Assembly: GCF_001194135.2 (NCBI RefSeq)
Contig: NC_068989.1
Coordinates: forward strand, 49,388,585-49,452,584
Direction of reading: 5' to 3'
From: Octopus bimaculoides
Taxonomy: Eukaryota
DNA: 64,000 nucleotides
Part shown: positions 36,310 through 47,315 of the stretch, piece after piece
Numbering within the stretch: the first letter of the stretch is position 1
How the letters are laid out: every line of letters starts with the position of its first letter
Notes under the pieces: generated by a model
Databases searched by the model: none
Seen by the model: the letters and a program-made list of their open reading frames with translations, nothing else
What the model was told of the DNA's origin: nothing
Translations under genes and position numbers: made by a program

Positions 36310-36620
36310 GCATCAGATACATCCACCATTTCAGAGTTTAGATTACTGTCTATGATGATTCTTTCTAGAGCATTCCATATGCCCTTGTTACAGTTGATAG
36401 TACTATTGCTATACCAATCACTAGGTATGACATCTCTCTATAGCCTGATAGACAAAGCTACTGGCAAGCTTGAGCATTCAGTAGTCAGATATTTTCAGCA
36501 TTTCAGAGATTTACTCCTTTGGTGCAGCTGCTTTCTCTGATTTCATATCATTAATTGTGCTTTCTGCCATATAGCTGTTAACTTCAGTAGCTGATCTCAC
36601 ATTTGGATCTATTTGGAGTA
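36310..36620 (-). pseudogene. RTE-clade LINE relic (start of RT region)
   Basis: Minus strand INDMKSEKAAAPKE*ISEMLKIS ... DVIPSDWYSNSTINCNKGIWNALER, matching the RTE pattern AIKDMK.GKA.GPSGI.AEMLK..G.IP.DW..S.IV..YKGKG.AL.R.NYRGI. Confidence 0.7.
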
Positions 36621-36852
36621 TCCTCTCTCTCATGAATTCTTATTTTCATAACTTCACATGGTAACATTTCCAAGCTTCTTTCATCTTGGCATCAAAGACA
36701 GTTGTGGATATTAATTCACAATGACACATTCCTTTTCAATCTGGACCACTTTTGGGAATGATAATATGAATACAGTTCTATATATAAGAGATGAGGAATT
36801 ATGTACATTATTTACATTTGATGGATATTTGTCCTCATCTTGTTTGTTGTTT

Positions 36853-36897
36853 ACACAATGTTTCGGCTGATATACCCTCCAGCCTTCATCAGGTGTC
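36853..36897 (-). ncRNA. Minimal hammerhead ribozyme, nearly intact
   Basis: Minus strand GACAC-CTGATGA-A-GGCTG-gagggtatat-CAGCC-GAAA-CAT-T-GTGT. Core, 5-bp stem II and stem I (ACAC/GTGT) are intact; the ACGT loop has decayed to ACAT. Confidence 0.75.
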
Positions 36898-36992
36898 TTG
36901 GGGAAATTTTGAACCTGGGTTCTCATTCCTAAGGTATTTTTTGATGATGTTGTTGTTGTTATTATTATTATTATTATTATCATCATTATTCA

Positions 36993-37059
36993 GGTCACTG
37001 CCTGGAATTGAACTCGGAATCTTGTGGTTATTAGCCCATGCTCTTAACCACGCCATATG
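36993..37059 (-). promoter_or_regulatory. tRNA-like Pol III head in the left terminal repeat
   Basis: Minus strand catatggcgtggttaagagc...ccgagttcaattccaggcagtgacc. A box has a 3-nt deletion; B box present. Confidence 0.65.
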
Positions 37060-37405
37060 ATCTACTTATATTCTTTGCTTGATGTTTTAAGCACTGAGCA
37101 ATCCCTCTCTTTACACTGTATGGATGATGGGAAATGAAGTTGAGGTATTGTCCATTGAAGGTCAGCTTGCAGTACACAGATGTCCTGGTGCATGTTATTA
37201 ATATGTCCAGGAATGCTAGCTGATTGTCTTTTTCCTTTTCCATTGTGAACTGTATGGATGGCTTTATTGAGTTCACATAATCTAACAGCACTTGGACATC
37301 TTCCTGGTGGGGTCAGAGTATAAAGGTGTTATCAACATATCACAGCCATAGGGTTGGTTTTAGTGGTGTTGATCCTAAAGCCAAATTCTCAAAGTATTCC
37401 ATGTA
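37060..37405 (-). pseudogene. Inverted Penelope RT fragment
   Basis: LLDYVNSIKPSIQFTMEKEKDNQLAFLDILI...YLNFISHHPYSVKRGI, an inverted homolog of about 38405-38765. Confidence 0.9.
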
Positions 37406-37439
37406 AATATAGAACTGTATTATCTAATCAGTACGGGGC

Positions 37440-39400
37440 TGACATTAGACTTCAATGGAAATATATAGAGAAACTCCATCAAAAACTAACTCATCTTTCA
37501 AACCATCTAACTTACCTGTGTAGATGTAGAGACTCGAAGCTTGAATGTAATGACACCAGTGGATTCATATAAAGCTGGAAAAGTAGCAGAAACGGTAGGA
37601 CATGCCCTCATCTGTGAGAGGATCCATTACAACCATTGAAAAAAACATAAACTAAATAACGAAATCAAATAGGAAAATAACCAGAGATGATGATAGAAGG
37701 AGAATCCAACAAGATCTAGAAAAGTCGTACATGAAAGAATTTGAAATGGTGAAGACACGCAAGATTAAGAAGTTTATGAAACTCAAAGGTCAGAGAATGA
37801 AGACTGAAGTCCGTCACCCACCTGTGAAAGCAGTAATTAATGTAAGTAGCAGACATCTAGAAAGCTCTGAAGAAGCAGTACTAAACAAAGGTCTCTTATA
37901 CTTTACACCAATGTGTCTCTTATACTTTACAGACAACTGACTCAACACTACAGTAAACTATCACACATGTATGGTCTCCCTAAGATTCACAAGGATGGTA
38001 TTCCATTAAGACTTATAGTGAGCTGTAGAGGTTCAGCATGTCATCCACTGAGCTGCCTCTTTGTGGATATAATCAGTCCATTAGCAGGAAAGTCAACATC
38101 GTTTGTGAGGAATTCCACCCACTTCGCAGAATTGATCAAGGATACCTTCATTGAATCCAACCAGATGGTGAGTCTAGATGTGATAAGTCTGTTCACCAAA
38201 GTCCCAACTGGTGAAGCACTATCAGTGATTCAAGAGAAACTAGTGACAGACACCCATCTAAAAGAACACACTACTATACCAATAAGAAACTTGATGGAAA
38301 CGTTGACCTTCTGTGTAGAAACTACTTACTTCAGTATGGACAATGATATATATAAACAAGAAGAGGGTTTAGCTATGGGTTCACCATTATCACCAATAAT
38401 AGCCAATATACATAGAAAACTTTGAGAATTTGGCTTTAGGATCAATACCACTAAAACCAACCCTATGGCTGCGATATGTTGATGACACCTTTATACTCTG
38501 GCTCCACCAGGAAGATGTCCAAGTGTTGTTAGATCATGTGAATTCAATAAAGCCATCTATACTGTTCACAATGGAAAAGGAAAAAGGCAATCAGCTAGCA
38601 TTCCTGGACGTATTAAAAACACCCACCAAGTATGGATTCAGGACATTTGTATACCACAAGCCGACCTTCAGTGGACAATAGCTCAACTTCATTTCCCACC
38701 ATCTATACAATGTAAAGAGAGGGATTGCTCAGGGCTTAAAACATTGAGCAAAGAATATAAGTAGCGATCGTGATACCCACCATGAACAAAATGATCAAGG
38801 TAAGTAACAATCTATTAAGCATCAACAACCCCCAAAACATACTACCTACTCCAATTATGAAGAAAAGAGAGGATGAAACCAACAAACTGTCCACAGTTTG
38901 TCTACCCTATATGAAAGGCCGCTTCAAAAAGACAGAAAAGATATGCAGCCTATATGACATCAGGACAGTCTTCAAGAGTAATACAACACTTCGCAAATAT
39001 CTCCTTTGAGTAAAACCACCAATAGAAGAGAATATGACCAAAAACTGTTTGTACGCCATCCCATGCAGCTGTGGTAGGTTATATAAAGGCGAAACATGCT
39101 GCCCATCTCAAAATAAGGGTAGAGGAACATTGCAAAGCTGTGACATGAGGAGGTATTGATAAATCAGGTATAACTGATGATGTATGGAAAAATGGAGACC
39201 AGATCCCCCTATGGGATGAAGTTAAAATAATAAACAGAGAACACCTCTGAAAATACGAAAACTAAAAGAAGCAGCACATATGCTAGGACACAACAACCTC
39301 CTAAGCAGACCGAGTGCAGATATGAGCAGCATATGGGAACCAGCATTAAGGAAGGATAGAAAAATATTAGATTTATAAACCCTAAAATTCACTCCATAAT
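37440..39400 (+). pseudogene. Penelope-like RT-GIY-YIG ORF relic
   Basis: N-terminal HLTYLCRCRD, then MYGLPKIHK, SLDVISLFTKVP, YKQEEGLAMGSPLSPIIANI, WLRYVDDTF and FTMEKE...LAFLDV. GIY-YIG region KNCLYAIPCSCGRLYKGET (39040-39096), then RKLKEAAHM. Several stops and frameshifts. Confidence 0.92.
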
Positions 39401-39407
39401 TGCCCAT

Positions 39408-39480
39408 GGGCATATGGCGTAGTGGTTAAGAGTGCGGACTACTAACCACAAGATTCCAAGTTCAATTCCAGGCAGTGACC
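39408..39480 (+). promoter_or_regulatory. tRNA-like Pol III head in the right terminal repeat
   Basis: A box TGGCGTAGTGG (39415-39425), anticodon-like loop CTACTAA and B box AGTTCAATTCC (39459-39469). Confidence 0.7.
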
Positions 39481-39557
39481 TGAATAATAATAATAATAAT
39501 GATAATAACATTGAAAAATACCTTAGGAATGAGAACCCAGATTTGAAATTTCCCTAT

Positions 39558-39604
39558 GACACCTGATGAAGGCTAGAGGGGTATATCAGCGAAAATGTTG
39601 TGTT
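39558..39604 (+). ncRNA. Degenerate minimal hammerhead ribozyme
   Basis: GACAC-CTGATGA-A-GGCTA-gaggggtatat-CAGC-GAAA-ATGT-T-GTGTT. Stem II and loop are damaged relative to the left copy. Confidence 0.6.
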
Positions 39605-40939
39605 AACAACAAACAAGATGAGGACAAATATCCGTCAAATGTAAATAATGTAGATTATATGAATACTTGTAATATATGAATAGCAATTCAACTGTCTATA
39701 GTGGGCCATTATCATTTTTCAAGCTGTTATGGATTAAGACAGGTCATCAATGTCCAAGCCATTTCTTATTAGACACTGCTACTGTCATAGACTGGTGCTT
39801 GTATATGTCATTTTGCTTGGTTCCTATGGCAGAATGCCCTTCCTACTGCTGACCACATTACAGAGTACTAGGTGAGATTTTTCATGACGCCAGCATTAGA
39901 TAGGTTGAATACTTCCTGGCAAGATTGAACTAAAAACATCTCACAAATATGAAAAAAATTGTCATCATTATTATTTTTATTCATAATAATGATGGCAACT
40001 GCAACATTATTATGACTGAATTAACTTGATCTACAAACCGGATGGATAGGTGAGTAGTTAAGTAGAATGAGTGAGCATGAATGTGTGGAAATATGAAGAC
40101 ATTGCAGCCACTTGATAAAGATGATCTAGAAAAATGTGCAAACTGCCACAAACTAATCCATGAACACTAGCATGAAAAATGAAATAACAAAAATAAAGAT
40201 AATTACATTAATAGTACTACATACCATTAAGTTATGTTCTAAATTTCTCCTAATGCCTGACATTATGTCAAAAACTTCATCATAAACGAATAATTAACAA
40301 TATACACCACAGTTAACATGAAATCAATGTATATGTTTCTCTGTGTACATGCATCAATGTATGGGTATATATGTATGTGAATTCAGATACATCAATGCTT
40401 ATATATGCATATGTCTTGTCTATAAATTTAATGGTAGTTAAACGTCTGCCATTAGAAATCCATAGTTCTTTAAAAAGGAACCCCAAGTTCCATAGCTAAA
40501 AGACATGAGATGCTAATGGAGAGGAAAAAAAAGATATCAATGGCATAATTTGGAATAGCAATTTGTTTCTTTTATTTTATGCGTTATTTAACATTAGATT
40601 TCCCTTTCTAAAAAGAAATTTGATGGCTCTGAAAAAGTCAAACATCTTCATAAAATGCTGCCACAAATGTTCTGCAGGCAGGATAATGTACTTCTTAACA
40701 TCCAATCAGGAAATAGCAGAAATATCTATTTTTATGATAGGAAGACTAAGCTAAATAGCTAAGTTAATATGGTTTGCCTAAAAGCCCAATACAATGACTG
40801 CATCAGAGTTTCATAAAACAATCTATGATCATATTTGAAGTGTTACTTTTATATATATCTAGACATTGAAGTTGTAGCAGTCTCAGTTGATAAAAAAGGG
40901 CCGGAAATTTGTATTTTATAAGCTGATATGGGTGCTGGT

Positions 40940-41080
40940 ATGGTTGTATGGCCGTGTGTTTAAGAAGTTTGCTTGAGAAACATATGATTCCGAGTTTGAT
41001 TCTTGTGTGGTACCATGGCTAAAGAATTGTTGCAATAGCTTTGGGTTGACTGATGCTTTTTCAATGGAATTTGATAGACA
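40940..41080 (+). mobile_element. Degenerate tRNA-CORE SINE 5' half
   Basis: gtgtgtttaagaagtttgc...gagtttgattc...ctttgggttgactgatgc...ggaatttgatagacag. Confidence 0.5.
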
Positions 41081-41807
41081 GACACTGTATGAAAGTCAAT
41101 CATCTATGTATGTGTATGTGCACAGACACTCACTTATCATTCACCATCATTGGAAATCTGTAACCAATGATGGTATTCTTTACAGAATGCAATACGAAAT
41201 GTGTGTGTGTGCATGCATGCGTGTGAGTATTAATTGTAGCTAATGTCAAAATTCAACATAGTTTATTTTTCTGGAAATGACATAGTTCATTTCAATAAAT
41301 AGAAAAATAGTAAAACTGATAAAGGCTGATGTTGACAAATTCCACTTCTTTTAAGCATGGTATGAAGTTAAGTATAGAATATCTAGTCAACTATGGAAGT
41401 GAGGAAGAAGAAACTTTTGGTAAAGGTCAATCAGATCTTGCATTGTATATTAGAGATATCTATTGCTGTTTTTTCATCAAAATTAAGGATATGAAAGCAG
41501 AGTCAACTCCAGCATAAATACAAAGACAGAGGATTAAGTAAAGTAGAATTTTTTACACTGAGTAAACCTAACTATAAAGCAGTTGGTCCTATTTGCCACT
41601 ATTTGTATCAAAGCTCTCAATCTAATATCAGTAATGATAATAATGAGCACTTGATTAGGTTGGAACACAAAGTATACAAGTGGAGAAAAATGCATTTGAG
41701 ATGTGCAGGTTCTCCTCAGACAGTGTAATCCAAACTAAGCAATACCTTTGATTCACAAAGAATTCACCACAACACCATTAATTCACAATGATGATGATTC
41801 TATCATA

Positions 41808-41990
41808 GCTTCAAGGCCAGAAAATTGTGGGTGGGAGCTGAAGTGGGTTAGGTGAGCAAACTGATTCCAGAAAGATGAAAGGCAAAGTTAACTCTTGTGG
41901 GATTTAAACTAGGAACATAATGTGCTGGAGCAAATGTAGAAATGCAATTTTTTCTCCCTTGGCACACTGCTAATTTGCAGCAGCAGTAAA
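41808..41990 (-). mobile_element. Degenerate Nin/Deu-domain SINE
   Basis: caaggccagaaaatt...gaaagatgaaaggcaaagttaactc...ggatttaaact. Confidence 0.55.
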
Positions 41991-42250
41991 CAGCAACAAC
42001 AGCAGCTGCAGTAGCAATAAAAAGAAGCTGATCTATAGAAAGTGTATTCATTCTACAAACACCAACTAATTTAGTTATTTCATATTTGAAATTACTAATC
42101 CAAGACAGTATGTGTATATGTTGTATTCCTGTACAGTATAATACTGCCAGTAAATAACTAAACAAACTAATAATGGTGACAATGATGGCAATGCTGGTGG
42201 TGGTGATGATGATGACTACTGATGGTGGTGATGATGCATAAAGACAAATG

Positions 42251-42758
42251 GGATCTTTTTTAAAATGGGGGCCACATTTTTCATTAATGAAACACTTTGA
42301 AACTTGGAACACTGGTAGAATGTGTCATATAAAACATCTTTTTCTCTTAGTCTTCTTTAAAGAAAAAGAAATCCCTAAGTTATTCCATGTTAAAGTTGTC
42401 GTATTTCTGTAATTTCAACCAATCACTGACGTCCATTCAGCCGATATACATTAAGTGCCAACTACATAAACAAACGATTCTGAAACAATTCTATCGGTGA
42501 TAGGGTTAGGGTNNNNNNNNNNNNNNNNNNNNNNNAATCAGCCAAAGGAGTAAATGTAAACAACTGAATACTTGTCAGTGATTGGTTGAAATTATCGAAA
42601 TAAGACAATTTTTTACATGAAATAAATTCGAATACAAAAATATTTTTCTGTTCTATAACACAAAATAGATAAGTATACGAAGTTTGAAAGTCTTTCGGTA
42701 CCAAAAACACTACGTAAAACATTAATGAAAAATGTGGACCCCGTTTTAAAAGAGATCC
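42251..42758. mobile_element. Merlin-type MITE with 39-bp TIRs and 8-bp TSD
   Basis: Left GGATCTTTTTTAAAATGGGGGCCACATTTTTCATTAATG versus reverse complement of right GGATCTCTTTTAAAACGGGGTCCACATTTTTCATTAATG. TSD GACAAATG at 42243-42250 and 42759-42766. GG termini with an 8-bp TSD fit Merlin/IS1016 better than hAT or P. Confidence 0.8.
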
Positions 42759-44351
42759 GACAAATGTATTTCAGTTTTTTTTGCTTTTTTGTAAAATAAG
42801 AATCTACAAAATTTTTTTTTAATTTATAAATTCACATGTGTTGCTAATTTCTATATTAAAACTTGAATATTTTCCTTTTTTTTTTCTTTTTTTTTTTTTT
42901 TTTGAGAAATTCATTCATTCCTTGAATATGTTAACAGATTATAAACTATAAGAGAAAGAGACAGAGAGATTGGAAAACAGTTACATTTCTATGTGCCATA
43001 TCTTCAAAGAACCTTCAGCTACACAGAATAACCATTCAGTGTATGTAACATTGAATTGATGTCTTCCCTTTAATCCTTTGAAAACGGATGCCCATAAGGA
43101 ATAAGCAGGCATACAGTGAGAAATTATAGTCTATATGTGAATGTTGAGAGACAGTACAACTATTAATCAAAGGAATATTATATCACTTCTGCTCTTATAA
43201 AGTTACTCTACTGAAATCTACTATATACAATTGTTTTGATTAATTTCAATGTGCATAGTAATTTATTGCTTATGCATATTTTTAATACATTAACCGACTG
43301 GCCCAATCAATAAGCTACATCACCAGTTTGTAAATTTGAACTAAACATTCATACAGACACTCTGAGGAGAGAGTTTTTGCTTTATAATGTTGCAAATTTT
43401 GAAATTCTATCAGATAGTATATAATTTTCTTTTACAGTTAGTGTGTGTGTGTATGTGTGTGCGCACGCGCGCACACGTGTGTGTGCACACACAATCTTAT
43501 TGCTTGTATGTTAGGGCATCGACACCTTCAACTGAGACTACTTCCTTTCACCCTTTTCTTTCTTTAAAACCCTTTCATTTCTTTTTGTTTGTTTTTTCTT
43601 TTTGCCCTTTCTCATAATTTTTTTTATCTATCTTTTTTAGACATTATATAGCATAATGCATGCACACATACACACCATGAGTAATGCTAGAGTAACAAAG
43701 GACTACTTTAGCAAAATTCATAAGGTACAGAAGGCAGAGCTGTTGGCATTCAACAAGATCATATTCCATAATACTTTTCTTAGTTGCAGTGCTAGCACCA
43801 ACATTGAGGATACTACACAGAATGCTTGAGGAGATCCACAACTTGGACATGTAGACTAGATAGATACTAACCAATGCTGGTAATTTTCATGGCAACGGTG
43901 ACACTGACAGGATCTAAGTTAAATGAAGAGAAACACTCATCATATCAGCAGATAGCTATGCAAGTTATTAGATACCAAGAACATTGACAAGAAGAGTAAG
44001 CTCTACCAAACCTGTAATAGCTATTTTACATCCCACCTAGAAATATATGCCTCCATTATTCAGAAAGAGATAACTATAAAATATCTGATCAAAAAGAGAG
44101 ATAAAGATGCTGTTAAACCTTCACATTGTGACAAAAAAAAAAAATGTTGATTGTGCCATACAAGTGTGAAAAATATCACCCGCATCATCAGCAGCTGTCC
44201 AAAAATGCTCATAAAATAAAACTTTCACATAAAAAATGACACTATTGCTGGAAATATTCATAATGCTCTCCATAAGAGGGTTTGTTATGACAGCCATTCC
44301 AAAGGCACACAGCAAAATCAGAATGTGCATATATGTATACATATATGTAAG

Positions 44352-44488
44352 TATGGGCTTCTTTCAGTTTCCATTAGCCAAATCCACTCACAAGGCTTTG
44401 GTTGACCTGAAGCTATAGTAGAAGACACTTGCCCAAGGTGCCATGCAGTAGGACTGAACTTGGAACCATGAGGTTGAGAGGCAAGTTG
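44352..44488 (-). mobile_element. tRNA-CORE SINE 5' half
   Basis: gggcttctttcagtttcc..ccaaatccactcacaaggctttggttgacc..ctatagtagaagacacttgcccaaggtgccatgcag. Confidence 0.85.
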
Positions 44489-44599
44489 TATATTTATAAA
44501 AGTTAATACAGATCATGCATTAACAAAATAGTGGAAATATAAAACAGTAGAAAAGCAGCTTGGAGATATAAAATTAGAACCTCAAACACTACTTCATCT

Positions 44600-45700
44600 G
44601 AAATGCCAAATGCTGAATAGATTGTTTGCCAGAGATCCAAAGCAAGTTTTTTTGTAGCTTCAATAAAAACAACTTTGAAAAAGGCACTCCAGCAGGATAA
44701 CATATTGAAATCTATTGGTATCTGTATAGTGGGAAAATGGTAAATTGGTAAATTTAACAAGCAAATCTGTATGGATGGAAGAGCTGGAATAGGGTTACTG
44801 CAAATATATTAAGGAAAAGCAATATGAAATTAATGACACAGAACTAGAAAATGACAAATAGAAAACCCTCAGGCCCAGATTTTATAACAGGATATAACAA
44901 CTTATTGGTTCATAAATTTAACTTTTTATTGCTGAGATTCAATATGGTAGTATGGAAGAGCAGAAGTGATACATTAGCTGTGCTTAAATGTCTGTCAACA
45001 GCCATTATTCTTCTCATTCCCTACCCTGCAAAAAAAAAAAATAATAAACAGCCAAACCATTCAAGCTATAAATTACTGTCCAAAAGCCTGACAAAACATT
45101 GCACACAAGATCAGGTGCCTCAGTTTGATCTTATCGGATCGTTGTTTTACTAACTATAGTATAACACCAGGACAAATTTTGGAGAAGAAAAAAATATAAA
45201 GTAGCTAGTTACCAATAAAATGATACAGGAAAAAATATAGTAAAAAAACTGCAGGAACAAAAAGCCTTTGATAAGTATAACCACATGGATGGATTATGAA
45301 AGCATTACAATTAACAGAAGTCCTACAACCACTGGTAGCTACTATTCAAAACCTAACCAAGACATGGTACAATATTTCTCTGAGGTGACAAAAAAAAAAT
45401 CTGACACCATACATTATCAAGAATAAAGGTGCCTAGCAGAGTGATAGCTTATCATTACTGCACTCAGTCTTCTTTTGTTATCATAACTACACAAAACACA
45501 AGATTATGGAAATAGATACCATGAATTTATAAATATCACTCGTTCTATCTTCAGAGACAGCCAGAAGCTGTATGGGTCAAGTTTTAACCAAATCAAAAAG
45601 CAACTAGATCTCATTACCAATATTCCACTAAACATGAATGGCTTGGAAAATACATTTAGGCAAGAACTACAAGCATTTTGGACAAAATGAGAATGACAGA
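44600..45700 (+). pseudogene. R4/Dong-like (RLE-type) non-LTR retrotransposon RT relic
   Basis: Collinear motifs LNRLFARDPKQVF, TNRKPSGPDFITGY, LSTAIILLIP..SYKLL, QKAFD/PHGWIMKALQL, QSDSLSLL and FRDSQKLYGSSFNQIKKQL. These correspond to NWKAPGPD, KAFDSVPH.WI, QGDSLSPL and YMDDLKLY. Confidence 0.7.
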
Positions 45701-46402
45701 AAAAAAAGAAAATATGGTTATCAGAATTCTTAGCCTACAACAAGCATACTGTTTGTGGAGTAGTGAAGGAGGATATCATTACCAGAAGTAAGAGAGGAAG
45801 AGAGACACCAAGACTGGAAGCACCAGAAGAAGTGATATGTTGGAAAGTAGAGAATTTGATCTACTTCTTTCTTTGCTGGGCATCTAGAGTGATAAGTAGT
45901 GTGGAACGAATTCAGAGAAAGCGTAGATTCTTTCAAGAGGTTTGGTAGCATAAGTATTCAGGTTTGTGCAACAGAATTTTTTTTTTATTTGATATTGGTG
46001 GAGAGTAGATTTCCTCTCTGTTTGAAGTCTGCTGTCCCATCTACACTGTTTAAAATATCTTTGCAATGCCTCCTTTTACATCTACATTTAGTCCTGCGAA
46101 CTCGTCAGTATAAGAACTTAACAAATTGGATAAAAGAACTCAGAAACTGCCCAGTGCTATTAGAAATTTTGACATTAAAGGGAATGTGGAGAGATTACAT
46201 TTTTTATGCAGGAAGTGTGGACTTGATCTTAAATCTATATTAATATTCTATGAGGCTTAGACTGTAAAACTGAAGTAACATCTCCAGCATAGAAAAGCTC
46301 AGAAACTATTTTGCTCTATTTTGAAATCAGGAAAATTAAAACACCAAGAAGATGACTTATGAACTTTAGGTGAGACATTAAATAGAAGCCAACAAATATT
46401 AC

Positions 46403-46433
<31 letters not shown>

Positions 46434-46971
46434 AAGGAATACAAGAAAATCCTACCTAACACTACATCATTCTCTAGCCATACAAAATCATGTACACTAT
46501 AGAATTGTTCACTTGCAGGAGCAGTATGTTTAAGAACAAAGATCACTAGCCAGTATTATAAAATAATGAGGACTGGCAGCTACTGAAATGACATTAATCA
46601 CATCTCAAAGTCAAACCAAGTCATGTTTCTAGGCCTATAATTAGATTTACAAGACCAAGAGAAATATTAGTGATTGGATATTATAACTTCATTTTAAATA
46701 AACCAAATATGGTGGATTCAGTGAAAAGGAAGAAAAAGACAACAAAAGGGGTAAATATCTACACAGCAATTTTTCATTACCTCTTTTTTTCCCTACCATC
46801 CTCTACTTTCAATCATAGTCTTTCTAACGTCATACATCTTGCAACTTACAGCCACTCATCATGATCACTTCATTCTGTATTCATGTTCTCAGATATACTA
46901 CCTTGAATGAACAAACGTATCATACTGTAGTGAGGACTATCCAGTTTTACAAGATACAAGGTAACTTTACT

Positions 46972-47315
46972 GGTGCAAGTGTTATGATAAAATGCACCCA
47001 GTACACTCTGTAGAGTAATTCATGAGCAAGTAGAGACAAACAATGTAGGGTCAAGAGGAGTCTTGTTGAAGATATAGCAACCTTTCTCTGGTATTGCTAT
47101 AAAATGCACCTAGTACACTCTATAAAGTGGTTGGTAATAAAAAAAAAAACATTCAGACATAGAGGCCAAGTTAAAACTGAAATATTTGAGCAAGATGTGG
47201 TCCTCCAGCATGTTTAGGAATACAAGAAATCTGAATTAGAACTGACTTGGCAAATAACTCCTCCAGTCAACACCAGTATGGAAAGCAGATGTTAAATTAT
47301 GGTGATAATGATAAT
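46972..47315 (+). mobile_element. (GAT)n-tailed SINE/RTE-related repeat with internal duplication
   Basis: ataaaatgcaccyagtacactct occurs twice (about 46987 and 47099). Tail ccagtatggaaagcagatgttaaa. Confidence 0.6.

Larger units (their letters stand above)
36774..39652 (+). mobile_element. Penelope-like retroelement (Penelope/Poseidon-type): inverted deleted arm plus near-full-length arm
   Basis: Minus arm 36774-37405 (RT fragment fused to terminal repeat) and plus arm 37407-39652 (ORF relic plus terminal repeat). Flanked by GATAATATGAATAC (36760-36773) and GATTATATGAATAC (39653-39666). Confidence 0.93.

Noticed and set aside
39408-39480. tRNA gene call for the tRNA-like heads (also the SINE heads)
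   Set aside because: No complete cloverleaf or acceptor stem, and each is fused to a repeat body. Treated as tRNA-derived promoters.
45740-46260. Possible CR1 relic (ISSVERIQRK on plus, LDAQQRK on minus)
   Set aside because: Weak hints on both strands with no collinear motif series.
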